A model generated the notes under the pieces. That model had not been told where the DNA came from. It was given only the letters and a program-made list of their open reading frames with translations, and searched no databases. From Sedimentisphaerales bacterium (lineage in GTDB: Bacteria; Planctomycetota; Phycisphaerae; Sedimentisphaerales; SM23-30): DNA of 64,000 bases. This document shows positions 30,686-43,345 of the stretch, one piece after another. Every line of letters begins with the position of its first letter. Within the stretch, counting starts at the first letter, position 1. Location of the stretch: NCBI GenBank assembly GCA_963663965.2, contig CAXXFK010000042.1:32001-96000 (forward strand). The letters run 5' to 3'. The position numbers and the translations under genes were made by a program.

Positions 30686-31654
30686 TTACGGCAAGTAGAT
30701 GAAAAACTTTGATTTGCCGGTTGGAATATCTGAAATGTTGAAAAGGAGTGGACCGACTTGAGTGGGGAGGTCTGTTTCGATTATATTCACACCCAGTTGT
30801 TGCAGGGCTTGATATTTTTGCTCGATGGCCCGTGTGTTTAAGGATTGACCGGCAGAGAGCTCTTTATCGATATTTCTTGAGGTGCCTGCCATGCAGCAGG
30901 CACCTTTGGCATGGATCATTGGTATCAGATCCTTATCTGCCGGTGGGGTGTGGCCGACAAATGCGATGATATTGCGCCAGGGGATCCCGGTGATGTCGAA
31001 CTGATTAAACTTCTGGCGGTCAGGGATCATGACTTCCATCATGATATTTTTGTTCAACCGATAACATGTTCTGGCATCATCGAAGTTGTAGACGATGACC
31101 ATGACCCAGGCTTCGGCCTGGTGTTCTTCGATTTTTTTTACCCGGACTTCGACTGGGACATCCTTCTGGTCCAGAACCAGAATGGTCTTGCCCTTTGCCC
31201 AGGTAATGACTTCATCAAGGGTGGGGATCTGGAAATCCGTGATATTGCCATCCGAATCTTTCAGGCGCAATGCTTTCAATTGGGGCAAGGTCATCTCGGC
31301 AACCAGGCCCCGGCCGGTCGTGGTTCGATCCAGGGTGGGGTCATGGTGGACGACGATCGCACCTTCTTTGGTATAGCGGGGATCAGTTTCCATGATGGCG
31401 AAGGTATGCTGAAGCGTGTTTTCAAAGGTCTCGATGCAGTTTTCGGGAAAGTGTGGCCTGGCGCCGCCGCGATGGGCGCTGATTAAACACAGGGACTGGC
31501 TGGTGGGATTGAACAGTTCTTGCAAACCCTGTGGCGTATGGGTATCGATTAGAAACAATGGAGATGTTCTGGAAGGATCGGCTTGATCATTCCGGGTTGG
31601 TTGACAGCCGGATAGTATCAAAACCGTTACGAGTATGATCATTATTGGTTTCAT
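30686..31654 (-). CDS. Glycerophosphodiester phosphodiesterase family lipoprotein
   Basis: SAHRGG, PENCI, METD and HHDPTLDRTT motifs; lipobox LSGC after the MKPIM start (the longer ORF start crosses a terminator). Confidence 0.88.
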   Translation of the reverse strand: MKPIMIILVTVLILSGCQPTRNDQADPSRTSPLFLIDTHTPQGLQELFNPTSQSLCLISAHRGGARPHFPENCIETFENTLQHTFAIMETDPRYTKEGAIVVHHDPTLDRTTTGRGLVAEMTLPQLKALRLKDSDGNITDFQIPTLDEVITWAKGKTILVLDQKDVPVEVRVKKIEEHQAEAWVMVIVYNFDDARTCYRLNKNIMMEVMIPDRQKFNQFDITGIPWRNIIAFVGHTPPADKDLIPMIHAKGACCMAGTSRNIDKELSAGQSLNTRAIEQKYQALQQLGVNIIETDLPTQVGPLLFNISDIPTGKSKFFIYLP

Positions 31655-31811
31655 AAATATTCCAGAGTCAATGTTGTTAAATATCCAAATATATTCGTAC
31701 TCTACATCGACATCCATATTATCGGAATAACGCTTATACCAGTCAAGATATTTAAGGGTCAAAAAACATTCAAGGCTGCAATGTGTCAGACCTTCTTCTG
31801 GATGAGGACAT

Positions 31812-31854
31812 AAAAAACCGGGCTTTCGATGGAGATCGGAAAGCCCGGTTTTTT
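31812..31854. terminator. Intrinsic (bidirectional-type) terminator downstream of the MCP gene
   Basis: AAAAAACCGGGCTTTC-N11-GAAAGCCCGGTTTTTT perfect inverted repeat. Confidence 0.85.
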
Positions 31855-31909
31855 CTAATTTGCCAGGAAAACTATCCTGGTTTAATTCTCTAAGGTATCT
31901 AAAGGCCAT

Positions 31910-34048
31910 TTAGATGGTAAATTGGGAAACCAGTTCATGCAGGGTCTGGCTCATTCTGGAGAGTTCTACACTGGCAGTGGAGATTTTCCGGGTGTTCAGG
32001 GAGGTTTTTTTGACGTTGTCATTCATCGAGCCGATCTGGCCGGCGATTTCGCTGGTTACGGTGGCGGTTTGAGTTACCCCTTGATTCACTGAATCGGAAT
32101 CTTCGGAGGTCTGGGTAATCTGGCGGGCGACTTCCTGAGAGGTTACATTCTGCTCTTCCACAGCGGCAGCTATCGTCTGGGAAATCCCGTTGAGATTTTT
32201 AACGACGTCCTGAATTTCCTTTAAAGAGTGGGTGGAGCGATTCGATGAATCCTGAATGGCTTGAACCCGCTGGGCGATGTCTTCAGTTGACTGGGCGGTT
32301 TGCCGGGCCAGTTCCTTGACTTCGTTAGCAACGACCGCAAAGCCCTTACCCGCATCGCCGGCCCGGGCGGCTTCGATGGTAGCGTTCAGGGCAAGCAGGT
32401 TGGTTTGTTCGGCAATGTCCTGTATGACTTCAACGACTTTGCCGATTTCGGTCGTTGCCTGAATCAACTGGCTCATATCGGTGGCGCTACTGTCGGCCAG
32501 GCCGGACGCCTTGTTGGCGATACTCGAGGCCTGCTCTGAACTGACAGCAATTTCATTAATGCTGCTTGACAGTTGTTCGATCGTATCGGCGGCGTTACGT
32601 ACCTTGGCGGACATCTGACCGGTAATGTTCGATATGTTATCCATATTGCCGGTCATGGTTGAGGTTGAATGGGTTATCGTTTCGGACTGGCTGGTTATCT
32701 GGGTGGTTTCTTCGGATAGCGCCTGGGAGGTGGTGGAAAGCTCCGTGGAGGATGAAGCCAGCGATTGGGCGTTCTGAAGGATCTGTTTGATGATCGATTG
32801 CATGTTTTCGATAAAGAGATTGAAATAGTGAGCCAGATCTCCGATTTCATCACGGGACAAAATTTGCAGGCGACGGGTCAGATCGCCTTTGCCCTGGGCA
32901 ATATCCTTGAGCATGGTGACTGTGGAGTTGACCGGTTTGATAATGCGACCGGCTATCAGGTATAAACAACCCGCAGTGAGGACTGTAAACAATAATACCA
33001 GGGCGATACTGCTGCGCGCGAGTGAGTATTTCTGATCTTTCCCGCAATCCTGCAAGGCGAGCATTTCGTTTTGGAGCTGGGTGATATCCTGGGCCAGCAT
33101 AACGACCCCGATGGTCTGGTCAGAGAAATCCTTGACAGGGAAAGTGCATACCTGAAAGTTATCTATTGGCTGCAGTGAGGACATGCTATCCAATCCATTA
33201 TCCAGCAAAGCTCCGTTGACCAGAGGTGACGTGATTTCAGGATTGGTGGAGGCGATGAAGATATAGCGGTCATCAATCTGGGGATTTTTTTCGGGATCAG
33301 CCAGTTTAGTGGCGATATCAAGGAAGTCTTTTTTCATATAGACCGCCAGATGCTGATCTTCGGTCAGATTCATTTTTTTAAACAAAGAATCAAAGGAAAG
33401 CAGTACTTCATTAGAGCCCAGGTGATTGCCTGATTCATCCTGTATCGCGGTCAATCCTCGGATCACGAAACCGCCCCGGCCGATTTCGATACCCATGATG
33501 GGATCGTGATTGCCGCTGTTGATCTGCATGACGGTTTGGCGGAAGGAAGAGATATCATCGGAAACATCGATTTTCTGGCCATCCCGGGTGGTTTGCCAAC
33601 CCTCGCGCCAGAGCCGCACCAGGCTGCGGCCGTTGGGCAGATGGAAATGTAATTGGAAATCCGGGTGTCCGGTATTCGATTTGTATCCGGCAATGATGGG
33701 TGCGAATAGCCGGCGAAGCTGATCGCGAGCTTCCTGGCATTTGGGATCGGCTTCATCATCGATATTGCCGGTATGGGCCAGTTGATACGCTTCAACTACC
33801 TGCGGCATACGAGAGAAGAACGCCGCTTCTTCAAGCGCTTTCTGGCTCATTCGATCAATGTCGTTATTATAGGAGTTATATATAGTTTGGGCGTTGCTTT
33901 GGAACCGATCATGATAGATTGTCCGGGTTTGCTCAAATCGCCGATCCAGCAGGGAGGAAATGACATTTTGAAACAGGAGGTAACCAGTCAGGCAGGTAAG
34001 TAAAATCATTACGGTGCTGGGAAGAATGATTTTGGCTTTTAGTTTCAT
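31910..34048 (-). CDS. Methyl-accepting chemotaxis protein (Cache-type sensor, HAMP, MA domain)
   Basis: Two TM segments; [39 protein letters not shown]. Confidence 0.95.
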   Translation of the reverse strand: MKLKAKIILPSTVMILLTCLTGYLLFQNVISSLLDRRFEQTRTIYHDRFQSNAQTIYNSYNNDIDRMSQKALEEAAFFSRMPQVVEAYQLAHTGNIDDEADPKCQEARDQLRRLFAPIIAGYKSNTGHPDFQLHFHLPNGRSLVRLWREGWQTTRDGQKIDVSDDISSFRQTVMQINSGNHDPIMGIEIGRGGFVIRGLTAIQDESGNHLGSNEVLLSFDSLFKKMNLTEDQHLAVYMKKDFLDIATKLADPEKNPQIDDRYIFIASTNPEITSPLVNGALLDNGLDSMSSLQPIDNFQVCTFPVKDFSDQTIGVVMLAQDITQLQNEMLALQDCGKDQKYSLARSSIALVLLFTVLTAGCLYLIAGRIIKPVNSTVTMLKDIAQGKGDLTRRLQILSRDEIGDLAHYFNLFIENMQSIIKQILQNAQSLASSSTELSTTSQALSEETTQITSQSETITHSTSTMTGNMDNISNITGQMSAKVRNAADTIEQLSSSINEIAVSSEQASSIANKASGLADSSATDMSQLIQATTEIGKVVEVIQDIAEQTNLLALNATIEAARAGDAGKGFAVVANEVKELARQTAQSTEDIAQRVQAIQDSSNRSTHSLKEIQDVVKNLNGISQTIAAAVEEQNVTSQEVARQITQTSEDSDSVNQGVTQTATVTSEIAGQIGSMNDNVKKTSLNTRKISTASVELSRMSQTLHELVSQFTI

Positions 34049-34303
34049 GGTCTCTCTTCTTTCTGTTTAATTAGGCACAATTAAAATTGATTGGAATCAG
34101 AACGCCGTGCTCTCAAACTATTTTTCGACATTACAGCTGGGAAGGATTATGTTTCATATGGATAATTTTTAATTTTCGATGATCTGGCAGATATGTGTTG
34201 AAACTGAATTTTTTTTTAGCCCTTGGTATGTCATAAGAAACAAATATTCATGAGAGAAAATAAGAAGGCCCGATATAACCATTTATATTTAACAGAAAGC
34301 GTA

Positions 34304-35522
34304 GTGCTCTGTAAAGATTAAATATTCGGATATAGTGATCTCAATTTACACCTGGCATCTTCCACTTTAAATTGCCAGTTAACGCCTCGTTGCTTTTCGT
34401 TGGAGTGGGTGGCCCATGCTTTCGTCTCTTTTTTCAGCCTATCCATGTCGGTCATTTTTCGATCCTTCAGACATTGCCGGGTCATCGCACTCAGTTCATT
34501 TTCGGCCACATTGAGCCAACTGCCATGCTTGGGCGTGTAATGAAATTCAATTTTTTCCACATACCGGCGCGCCTGCTCCGGAGGAAAAACCTCGTAAAAA
34601 GCTCCCTTGGTATGAGTATTCAAATTGTCGCACACCAGAAGCACTCGTTTCGCTTGGGCATAGCGGCCCTCCAGCAACTCTGCCATTTCAACGGCCCAGT
34701 CAACCTTTTTCCGTTGTGGACGAACGCTCACCCCACGCCAGCCGGATTTTGGTTCTGTGAACATGAATAGGCTGGCGGTTCCGGCACGTTCATATTCATA
34801 GTCCACTCGACGAGGATGATGCAAGGTCGCGGCCATCGGAGTGCGAGTTTCCTTGAGCAATTGCACCGGCTGTTCATCCATGCAGAGCGCCGGAAAATCC
34901 GGGTCATACGGCAGGGAATAGACATTCAGGACATCTTCCATGCACGCGACAAATTCACTGTTTTGCGCCGGCGGTATCACCCAGTACTGTATCTTTCGGT
35001 TCGTTATTTCATTTTTTTAAGCGTCGTGGCAACGGTGGTGTGACTGATGGATTCTACGATTCCCAATTCCACCGCTTTGTCGGCGATCAAACGCAACGAC
35101 CAATTACTGTAACCTTCCGGCGGATCGCTCAGCCTCAGGGCAATGATCTTTGCCTCCTGCTCGCCATCCAGCAGCTTGGCGCGAGGCGGCGTGTCACGCT
35201 GCTTACCGTTCAATGTGATGTCAAACCCTCTTTCTACCAGCGATTTACGAACTTTGGTTACGGTCCTGAGACGACACAAAAAAGCGTCGGCAATTTGATT
35301 GCAGGACCAGTTGGGACCGTCCGCATCCGCCTTAAGCAAGATTTGAGCCCGTTTGACTTTTTGCGAGGTGCCCTTGAGTTTTGTAACAACTTCAAGCAGC
35401 TCTTTCCGTTCTGCGTCAGTGAGACGAACGATGTACTTTTTCATAACAAACTCCATAAATATTCGGTTTATGGAGTTATTATCGGACATGCTATATAAGA
35501 ATATTTAGTTTTTACAGAGCAG
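34304..35522 (-). mobile_element. IS630-family insertion sequence
   Basis: TIRs GTGCTCTGTAAA / TTTACAGAGCAG flanked by TA; two transposase ORFs. Confidence 0.93.
34318..35444 (-). CDS. IS630 transposase (HTH ORF 35004-35444 plus DDE ORF, joined by a -1 frameshift at A7, 35012-35018)
   Basis: Motifs MDEQP, DNLNTH and TPKHGSWLNVAE; frameshift gives LKKNEITNRKIQYWVIPP. Confidence 0.9.
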
Positions 35523-35753
35523 TAGGCATACTAGCTCACATTGTTAATTAATAACGATATTGTCGATTATCGCTGATGTGACGATACTATGAATAAAAAG
35601 GGAATTTGATGAATGAGACCTGGAATGACATATTAATATGTTTTAATGTGACCAGATAACTAAACGAATTTTGGACCAATAGCCAGTAAGTAAATAAACC
35701 TAATGATTAGCAAATCGATTGAATGGAGATCGATGCAACAAAAATTTGATCTG

Positions 35754-36899
35754 CTAATTTAGCAGATTTTCCATCAGGTAGAGACCGGATTTGCCGGGGC
35801 AGAGCAGGTCGATATCGCCATCTTTGTCGATGTCGACAGCGGCGGTGTTGATGCCGAAGCCGACGTTGTCATTTTCGGAGATGGTGTGGCGAGTCCACTG
35901 ACTGGCGTCGGTATTGAGGGTATAGTAATAGACGCAGACCGGGTCGTTGCCGCCGGGATCATGGCCGTTATGGGCGCGATGCCGTTTGCCGGTGACCAGG
36001 TCTTGACGACCGTCGTTGTCGATGTCGACTGGAATCAGGAAGTGGGCCTGGGACCAGGATTTGTCGATTTCAAAGCGTGTCCAGGAGATTTTGCCATCAT
36101 CCTTTTTGTCCTGTCGGAGCCAGAACAAGCCGTAGCCGTGGCCGTTGCCATAGACGATATCGGCACGGCCGTCGTGATTGACATCCCAGACCAGAACCGG
36201 CGCCGAGGCGGAGCCCAGATCGAAACCATCGTTAAATTGCCAGTTATCATCGGGATTGCCGGTCTGGCGGAACCAGCCTTTGGCGGCGACGATATCGCAT
36301 TTGCCATCGCCGTCGATGTCGCCGGCCCCGATGCCGTGGGAAGCGGACTGGGCCGGCAGTGGGTGTTTTTGCCAGCGGATGCCATGGGGTGAGGCAGGAT
36401 CTTTGGTAAACTCATACCAGGCGCTGGGCGAGGGGACAACGTTGGGCAGGATATCGGGTTGACCGTCACTGTTGATATCGGCGATAAGAGCGGTTTCCAT
36501 ATTGCCGGGTTGATCGATGGGGATGACTTCCCAGGGCTTGTCAGATGAGCCGGGGTTGTGGAGCCAGAAAACCATTTTGGAGTGCCAGGCGGCGTTGACG
36601 ATGTCGGTATAGCCATCGGCATCCAGGTCGATAGGCAGGTTGGCGAAGTCGTGGTAGTATTCATCCTGTTCGATGACATCGCGGACAAAGTGTTTTTTCC
36701 AGGTGGGGGCTTCGTACCAGAAGCCGCCACAGAAGATATCCAGCTTATTGTCGTGATTGAAGTCGGCTATGGTACCGGCTTCGAAGCGGGATTCGGCGTT
36801 AATAATGTGTTTTTTGAATGTGGCCGGCTGGGCGGCGGCCAGGGGTAAACTCAATACAGCCAGTCCAAAGATAACCCATGAAATTGATTTTGCGTTCAT
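35754..36899 (-). CDS. Secreted FG-GAP/VCBS repeat protein
   Basis: Repeated D(F/I)NxDGxxDI motifs; signal peptide. Confidence 0.85.
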   Translation of the reverse strand: MNAKSISWVIFGLAVLSLPLAAAQPATFKKHIINAESRFEAGTIADFNHDNKLDIFCGGFWYEAPTWKKHFVRDVIEQDEYYHDFANLPIDLDADGYTDIVNAAWHSKMVFWLHNPGSSDKPWEVIPIDQPGNMETALIADINSDGQPDILPNVVPSPSAWYEFTKDPASPHGIRWQKHPLPAQSASHGIGAGDIDGDGKCDIVAAKGWFRQTGNPDDNWQFNDGFDLGSASAPVLVWDVNHDGRADIVYGNGHGYGLFWLRQDKKDDGKISWTRFEIDKSWSQAHFLIPVDIDNDGRQDLVTGKRHRAHNGHDPGGNDPVCVYYYTLNTDASQWTRHTISENDNVGFGINTAAVDIDKDGDIDLLCPGKSGLYLMENLLN

Positions 36900-37047
36900 T
36901 GATCGAACTCCAAATATTGGTGAGATCGTTGTGTTGGTATTTATCAATTACCTGATTAACGGAAATCTTAGCGGATTATTACCCGGAGAGTCAATCGATT
37001 GGTTATAAAAGCCCAGCAGTTATGCCGGGTGGGCATAGCGTGCCAGG

Positions 37048-38274
<1,227 letters not shown>

Positions 38275-39621
38275 TCAGTAGGCCCGGACCAGGATAGCTC
38301 CGGGGTAATAGTGTTTAAGGATGTCAACCGAATTGGATCCCTGGAGGGCCATTTGCTGAGCGCCCCACTGGCACATCCCGACACCATGGCCCCAGCCGCG
38401 TCCGTTGGTGAATCCCCAGGAGTCGCCCAGGTCTTGAAAGTTGAACCAGCAGCTCTGAACGGCCCGGCCGGTTGGGTCGACGGTGAGTCTTAAATCTTCG
38501 GCCCGAAGCCGCATGGTCCGGCCTTCCAGACCGGTCAGGTTGAAAGACTGGATCCGGCCTTGTTCGTTGGCGGCGGCAATCTGAATATTTACGATTTTGA
38601 TCAGGTCCTGGAGGAACGGGTAATTGTCGATGAGGAGTTCGGCAACTTTTTGCTTGGGAATACGAACATCCTTCCAGGTGAATAAGTCTTGCGGGGCAAT
38701 TTTTTCACAATACGGACAGGACACCCCGGAAAGCGGTTTGAGAGAATCGCCGAAAACCTGGCGGGCATTCTGGGTATGGCCGCCACAAATCGCGCTGTAA
38801 TAGGCCGGGAAGAGTTTTTCTTTGCCCGCAGGTCCATAAGCCAGCACGATTCCAGTTGTATCTTGGGTGACCTGGGCGATCCGGGCATTTTCGGCGCCGA
38901 TGCCTTTGTACATCTGGCTGGCCTGAGTGGCCCGGACATCATAAAGGCTGGTTTTGTCACGAAGATTCAACCAGTAAAGGGCATAGGTGCGCGAAGCGAC
39001 GCACTGGGCGCGCAAGGCGGCGATTTCCCAGTGACTGTAGGCTTCGGAGCCGACCACTCCCAGTAAATAGTCTTCGATATCCAGATCATTAATAATATGG
39101 AATAACGAACTATCCGTGGGGGTTAATTGAATTGTGCCTCGATACAGAGCCGTGCCGGTTGATTCAGCATTCGTTTTGAGTGACACGGCCTGATTGGGAC
39201 CAGGACGTAATTCCAGTCTGGCGACGCTGAATACCTGCCATTCTTTATTGTCCAGTCGAGTCATGGTCCAGGCGCCGTATTGGCGCGACATCTGGTAGCT
39301 GACCCCGGGCAGGAGGGAGTAAAGCTGGGAATTTTTTTCCGGATCGAAAATCGCCGTAACGGGATTGGCTGATTTCAGCGGGACCGTCAGAGCGGAGGGC
39401 TGGTCGCAGCCCAGAATGATCTCGTGTCGGTTTTCCTGCAACAGGACCCTGACATTGGAGCGGGGTTGGGATTTGATATCGGATTGGGTGGGCGCGTGAG
39501 AGGATTCGCCGGATTTGAACTCGCAACCGAGCGCCCAAACCGTTAAGGCGATCATGCCTAGAATGGCATGAAGATAAGAGGCGGATCGATCCGAGAGGTT
39601 TTCGATAAATTTAACGTTCAC
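38275..39621 (-). CDS. SpoIID/LytB domain protein
   Basis: EDYLLGVV.SE, ALRAQCVASRTY and GRGWGHGVGMCQWGA. Confidence 0.92.
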   Translation of the reverse strand: MNVKFIENLSDRSASYLHAILGMIALTVWALGCEFKSGESSHAPTQSDIKSQPRSNVRVLLQENRHEIILGCDQPSALTVPLKSANPVTAIFDPEKNSQLYSLLPGVSYQMSRQYGAWTMTRLDNKEWQVFSVARLELRPGPNQAVSLKTNAESTGTALYRGTIQLTPTDSSLFHIINDLDIEDYLLGVVGSEAYSHWEIAALRAQCVASRTYALYWLNLRDKTSLYDVRATQASQMYKGIGAENARIAQVTQDTTGIVLAYGPAGKEKLFPAYYSAICGGHTQNARQVFGDSLKPLSGVSCPYCEKIAPQDLFTWKDVRIPKQKVAELLIDNYPFLQDLIKIVNIQIAAANEQGRIQSFNLTGLEGRTMRLRAEDLRLTVDPTGRAVQSCWFNFQDLGDSWGFTNGRGWGHGVGMCQWGAQQMALQGSNSVDILKHYYPGAILVRAY

Positions 39622-39647
39622 GCCGGTGGTGTTCCAAGATTGCGCGG

Positions 39648-39686
39648 AAAAAAGAAAACCCGGCAGAAACGGTTCATGCCGGGTTT
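39648..39686 (-). terminator. Putative intrinsic terminator
   Basis: AAACCCGGCA/TGCCGGGTTT stem followed by a U-rich tract on the minus strand. Confidence 0.65.
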
Positions 39687-39701
39687 GGGGATTTTATCGG
39701 A

Positions 39702-41042
39702 TCAGTCATCCAGTTTACGCAAAGAGAGGTTTTTCTGCCCCAGTTTCTGCTGGACTTCGACCAGACTGGTCTGGCCAAAGTTTTTGCATCCGAGCAGTTC
39801 GGCTTCGGTACAATTGCATAAATCACGGATAGAAATCACGTTGAGGCGTTCGAGGCATTTGCGCGACCGCACGGACAGTTCGAGGGAATCGATCGGTTTG
39901 TCGAGCAATTCCTGATCGGCTTTCTGGATATTGGCGGCCTGTTTTTTGGCGGCGCCTTTTTTGTTGTCTTCGAGCATCTGACCCAGTCGCAGGCCTTTGG
40001 TGCTGAGAATCTGTTTGATTTCCAACAGGCTGGTTTCGCCGAAGTTTTTGTAAGCAAGCAATTCGGCTTCAGTCACTTTCAGGAGGTCTCCAAGCGTGCG
40101 GATATTCATTTTTTTGAGGCAGTTGCGCGAGCGGACAGACAGTTCGAAGTCGGAAATGGGTATTTCCATCACTTTGTTGCGATGATCCGTTCTGCGTTCC
40201 TGATCTTCATCGTAGAACATGGTCATGCTGGATTGGAGGTCTTTCATGAACATATTCGCGCGCGGATGGTTGGGGAACGCTTTGAGGACTTGAGCGACGC
40301 ACTCGCTGGCTTTATAGAATTCGCCGCAATCTTCATAGAGCACCGACAGGTTGAGCAGGGCATTAATGGGAGCGCTGGGTGAATTGCCGATACACTGGAT
40401 ATAATATTCGATCGCTTCCTCTTCACTGCCATAAAGCGAACTGATATAGGCCAGGTGGAAGAGGGCTTCGGTATGGTTCGAGTCGAGTACAATGGTCTTT
40501 TTGAGGGTCTGGATCGCGTGGGTATGTTCGCCATTGTCATCCTGGATACGAGCCAGTTGATAATGATATTCCGCACGGAACTCGCCAACCCGTGAAACCC
40601 GTTTGAGTTTTTCAGCGGCTTCTTCGAGACGGCCTGACTGACGCAGGCAATTGACAATCGTCATGGCAGTATCGAAGCTGTCGGCGCCTTTTTCTTCGGC
40701 GGTTTCAAAGGCCTGGATCGCTTCGGCGAACAAGTTGGCTTTTTCAAGGGTGCGTCCTTTTAAGGTCAGGGCGGTAGAGGTGTTGCCGGCTTTATCCAGC
40801 CAGGTGGCCGCCTGTCGCCACTGGCACAGGGCAAAAAACCCCTGGCCGATTTTCATCGCCATCGACGGGTCGCTTTCCAGATCAGCGCCCCGGGCAGTGA
40901 TGGTATCGTTGAGATACTGGGAAAAAGCTTCCTGTTCGATTGCGTTACTGCGCACTTTGTTAATCAGCAGGTCGAACTCTTCGTTTGACAACGGAATGTT
41001 ATTAGTCAGCAATTCGGTGATAGTCATTTCCTGAACTTGCAT
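39702..41042 (-). CDS. TPR protein with two RNA polymerase alpha C-terminal-like domains
   Basis: TPRs followed by two 'ELSVRSR.CL....I....DL....EAELL..KNFG.TSL.E' units. Confidence 0.9.
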   Translation of the reverse strand: MQVQEMTITELLTNNIPLSNEEFDLLINKVRSNAIEQEAFSQYLNDTITARGADLESDPSMAMKIGQGFFALCQWRQAATWLDKAGNTSTALTLKGRTLEKANLFAEAIQAFETAEEKGADSFDTAMTIVNCLRQSGRLEEAAEKLKRVSRVGEFRAEYHYQLARIQDDNGEHTHAIQTLKKTIVLDSNHTEALFHLAYISSLYGSEEEAIEYYIQCIGNSPSAPINALLNLSVLYEDCGEFYKASECVAQVLKAFPNHPRANMFMKDLQSSMTMFYDEDQERRTDHRNKVMEIPISDFELSVRSRNCLKKMNIRTLGDLLKVTEAELLAYKNFGETSLLEIKQILSTKGLRLGQMLEDNKKGAAKKQAANIQKADQELLDKPIDSLELSVRSRKCLERLNVISIRDLCNCTEAELLGCKNFGQTSLVEVQQKLGQKNLSLRKLDD

Positions 41043-41450
41043 CGGCCGCTCCAGAAAAAATCAAATTAGTTATAACAGGATCCACAAAATCCAATTTTCG
41101 ATAAACGGAATATTATAGCGGCTTTTATGGGGAATGCAATAGCATTTGAAGGGTATAAAGGGCGATTTGGGCTTACCAGGCAAGTTTTTTGTGCATTTAA
41201 AGTTAATTTTTTTGATTTATTTTGAATTTTGCCATCCGATTTGGCTTGATGAAAGCAAAGGGATAAATGAACATTTACAAAAAATGTACCGTAAGCAGGA
41301 AGAAAATTTAACTGGAAAAGTACAGTTGAAAGAAACCATTGAGATTTCGGTAATCAGTTTATAATTTATGGCGGTGATTGGAATTATGTGGTATTATAGA
41401 AAAAGTGATCTTTACGCTAAAGAAGAAATAAATCGCCAAGAGAATGTAAC

Positions 41451-42332
41451 TTGTTTAAGAAAAAGAAATTAAATAATGTTGCGGTCTTGCCCACCCTGAT
41501 AACGCTGATGAACGCGGTCTGCGGGTTTGCCTCCATCCATTACGCGGCTCGAGGCGGTTTGGAGCGAATGCCCATGCTGCATGGGACGATCCATATCAGT
41601 TTTTTTGCGTTGGCGGCATGGATGATAGTTATCGGCATGGTGGCGGATTCCCTGGATGGATTTGTGGCGCGCCGTGCGGGACTGGCCAGTGAATTTGGTG
41701 GTCAACTCGACTCGATGTCTGATTTTATAACGTTTGGAATAGCGCCGGCATTTTTGATGCTGAAGGTAGTAGAGTCCGAACTGGCAGATATCATCGGTCA
41801 CATTAACCCGTTATTCGGGACATTATCGGGCAAGTTGTTCTGGTTGATGGCCGCAATGTATGTCTGTTGCGCGGCGTTACGGCTGGCGAGGTTTAATGTT
41901 GAGAACTCGCTGCCGGAATCGGCTCATCGTCATTTTCATGGATTGCCTTCGCCTGCGGCGGCGGCGCTGATTGTTTCAATGGTATTATTATACAGCGATA
42001 TCGTCCCGGAAATTCAAGTGGAGATGGGGCGAACGGCGGCACGAATCGGTTCGAATATCATTATTTACCTGTTACCGTGGATGACATTGGGAATGGGGTT
42101 GCTGATGGTCAGCCGGGTGCCGTATACCCATCTGGTCAATAAGGCGATAAAAGGACGTAAACCCTTTGAGTATATAGTATTAGCTGTTATTATTACCCTG
42201 TTACTGTTTTGGAAATTGCAATTAACCCTCGCTGGATTGAGTATTATATATATCTTCAGCGGTTTATTGCCGTGGTTAAAGGCCGGTTGCAAGGTCCCGG
42301 AAGCCGGCTTTGAAGAATCCTGCAATGCATGA
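41451..42332 (+). CDS. pssA: CDP-diacylglycerol--serine O-phosphatidyltransferase
   Basis: DSLDGFVAR...SEFGGQLDSMSDFITFGIAP, LRLARFN and FHGLPSPAAA. Confidence 0.85.
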   Translation: MFKKKKLNNVAVLPTLITLMNAVCGFASIHYAARGGLERMPMLHGTIHISFFALAAWMIVIGMVADSLDGFVARRAGLASEFGGQLDSMSDFITFGIAPAFLMLKVVESELADIIGHINPLFGTLSGKLFWLMAAMYVCCAALRLARFNVENSLPESAHRHFHGLPSPAAAALIVSMVLLYSDIVPEIQVEMGRTAARIGSNIIIYLLPWMTLGMGLLMVSRVPYTHLVNKAIKGRKPFEYIVLAVIITLLLFWKLQLTLAGLSIIYIFSGLLPWLKAGCKVPEAGFEESCNA

Positions 42333-42439
42333 GGATTTGAAAATTTCTCCCAAGCAGGTATAATAACAGAGTAAGGTAAATTCAGATGACAGGCAAGTGT
42401 CCATCATAACCGGCGCCTAGAAATAGCGGAGGTTTAATC

Positions 42440-43189
42440 GTGCCTGAGAAGATCATCGGAAGTATTGAGACCATGAGCCTGAGAAGGAAAAAATGCCGAC
42501 AAGCGACAGGGTGGGCAGCCCTATTGATGATTATAATAATCATTTCCGGATGTCATACTGTTAAATCGGGATCAGGAGATCGTGTTTACCGTTCACAAGA
42601 CGGGCCAAGCCAAAATGAATCCCAACAATCCGGGGTAGACTCTGTTCAGTCACCTGAGCAGAAAACGCTTTCTGATGCCAGTCCCCGGCAATTGAACAGT
42701 TTGATTCCTGACAAGCGACATTGGAAATCGAGACAGGCCAATTCCGATGAGATCCCAATCGTCCAGCGGAGCAAGGTTTCCGGGAAGGCGCCACGAGTAC
42801 TTGAACCTGCTATCCACTGGGGCAGGATGGTTCATATCGTCCAACCAGGAGAGACCCTGACCTCAATATCGACAAAGTATTATGGCACAGGGAGTTACTG
42901 GCAGATTATTTTTAATGAAAATCATTCCCGGCTGACTTCGCCATCAGCAATCCCGGTGGGAGAAAGATTGTATCTGCCGGTTAATCCCGGAAAGGGCGGA
43001 GGGGGTATCGTCCTTGTGCCGTTGAGCCGGCCCGATTTTTTTATTGTGGGCGCGGGTGATACCCTCTATAAGATTGCCGATTTATTTCTGGGAGATGGCA
43101 ACCAGTGGCAGAAGATTTATGAGGCCAATCGCTATCAATTATCGAGTCCTGAGGATATACAGGAAGGATTATCGCTGGTGATTCCGTGA
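42440..43189 (+). CDS. LysM peptidoglycan-binding lipoprotein (two LysM domains)
   Basis: HIVQPGETL..IS.KYYG and VGAGDTLYKIA..FLG motifs; lipobox ISGC. Confidence 0.88.
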   Translation: MPEKIIGSIETMSLRRKKCRQATGWAALLMIIIIISGCHTVKSGSGDRVYRSQDGPSQNESQQSGVDSVQSPEQKTLSDASPRQLNSLIPDKRHWKSRQANSDEIPIVQRSKVSGKAPRVLEPAIHWGRMVHIVQPGETLTSISTKYYGTGSYWQIIFNENHSRLTSPSAIPVGERLYLPVNPGKGGGGIVLVPLSRPDFFIVGAGDTLYKIADLFLGDGNQWQKIYEANRYQLSSPEDIQEGLSLVIP

Positions 43190-43345
43190 TATCGGAGAAT
43201 CTTGTCAGATAATCCCGGCATTGTCTTGAAAAACAGGGTAATAAATACTAGCATACAACCGTTTGTCTCTTCAGTCCATCATGATGGCGGGGGATAATAA
43301 TTTTGCAGTGAATCCATAAAGAAAAATTGAGACGAATCGAGTTTT

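Noticed and set aside
31655..31909. N-terminal extension of the GDPD ORF
   Set aside because: It spans a strong terminator, and the lipoprotein signal starts at 31654
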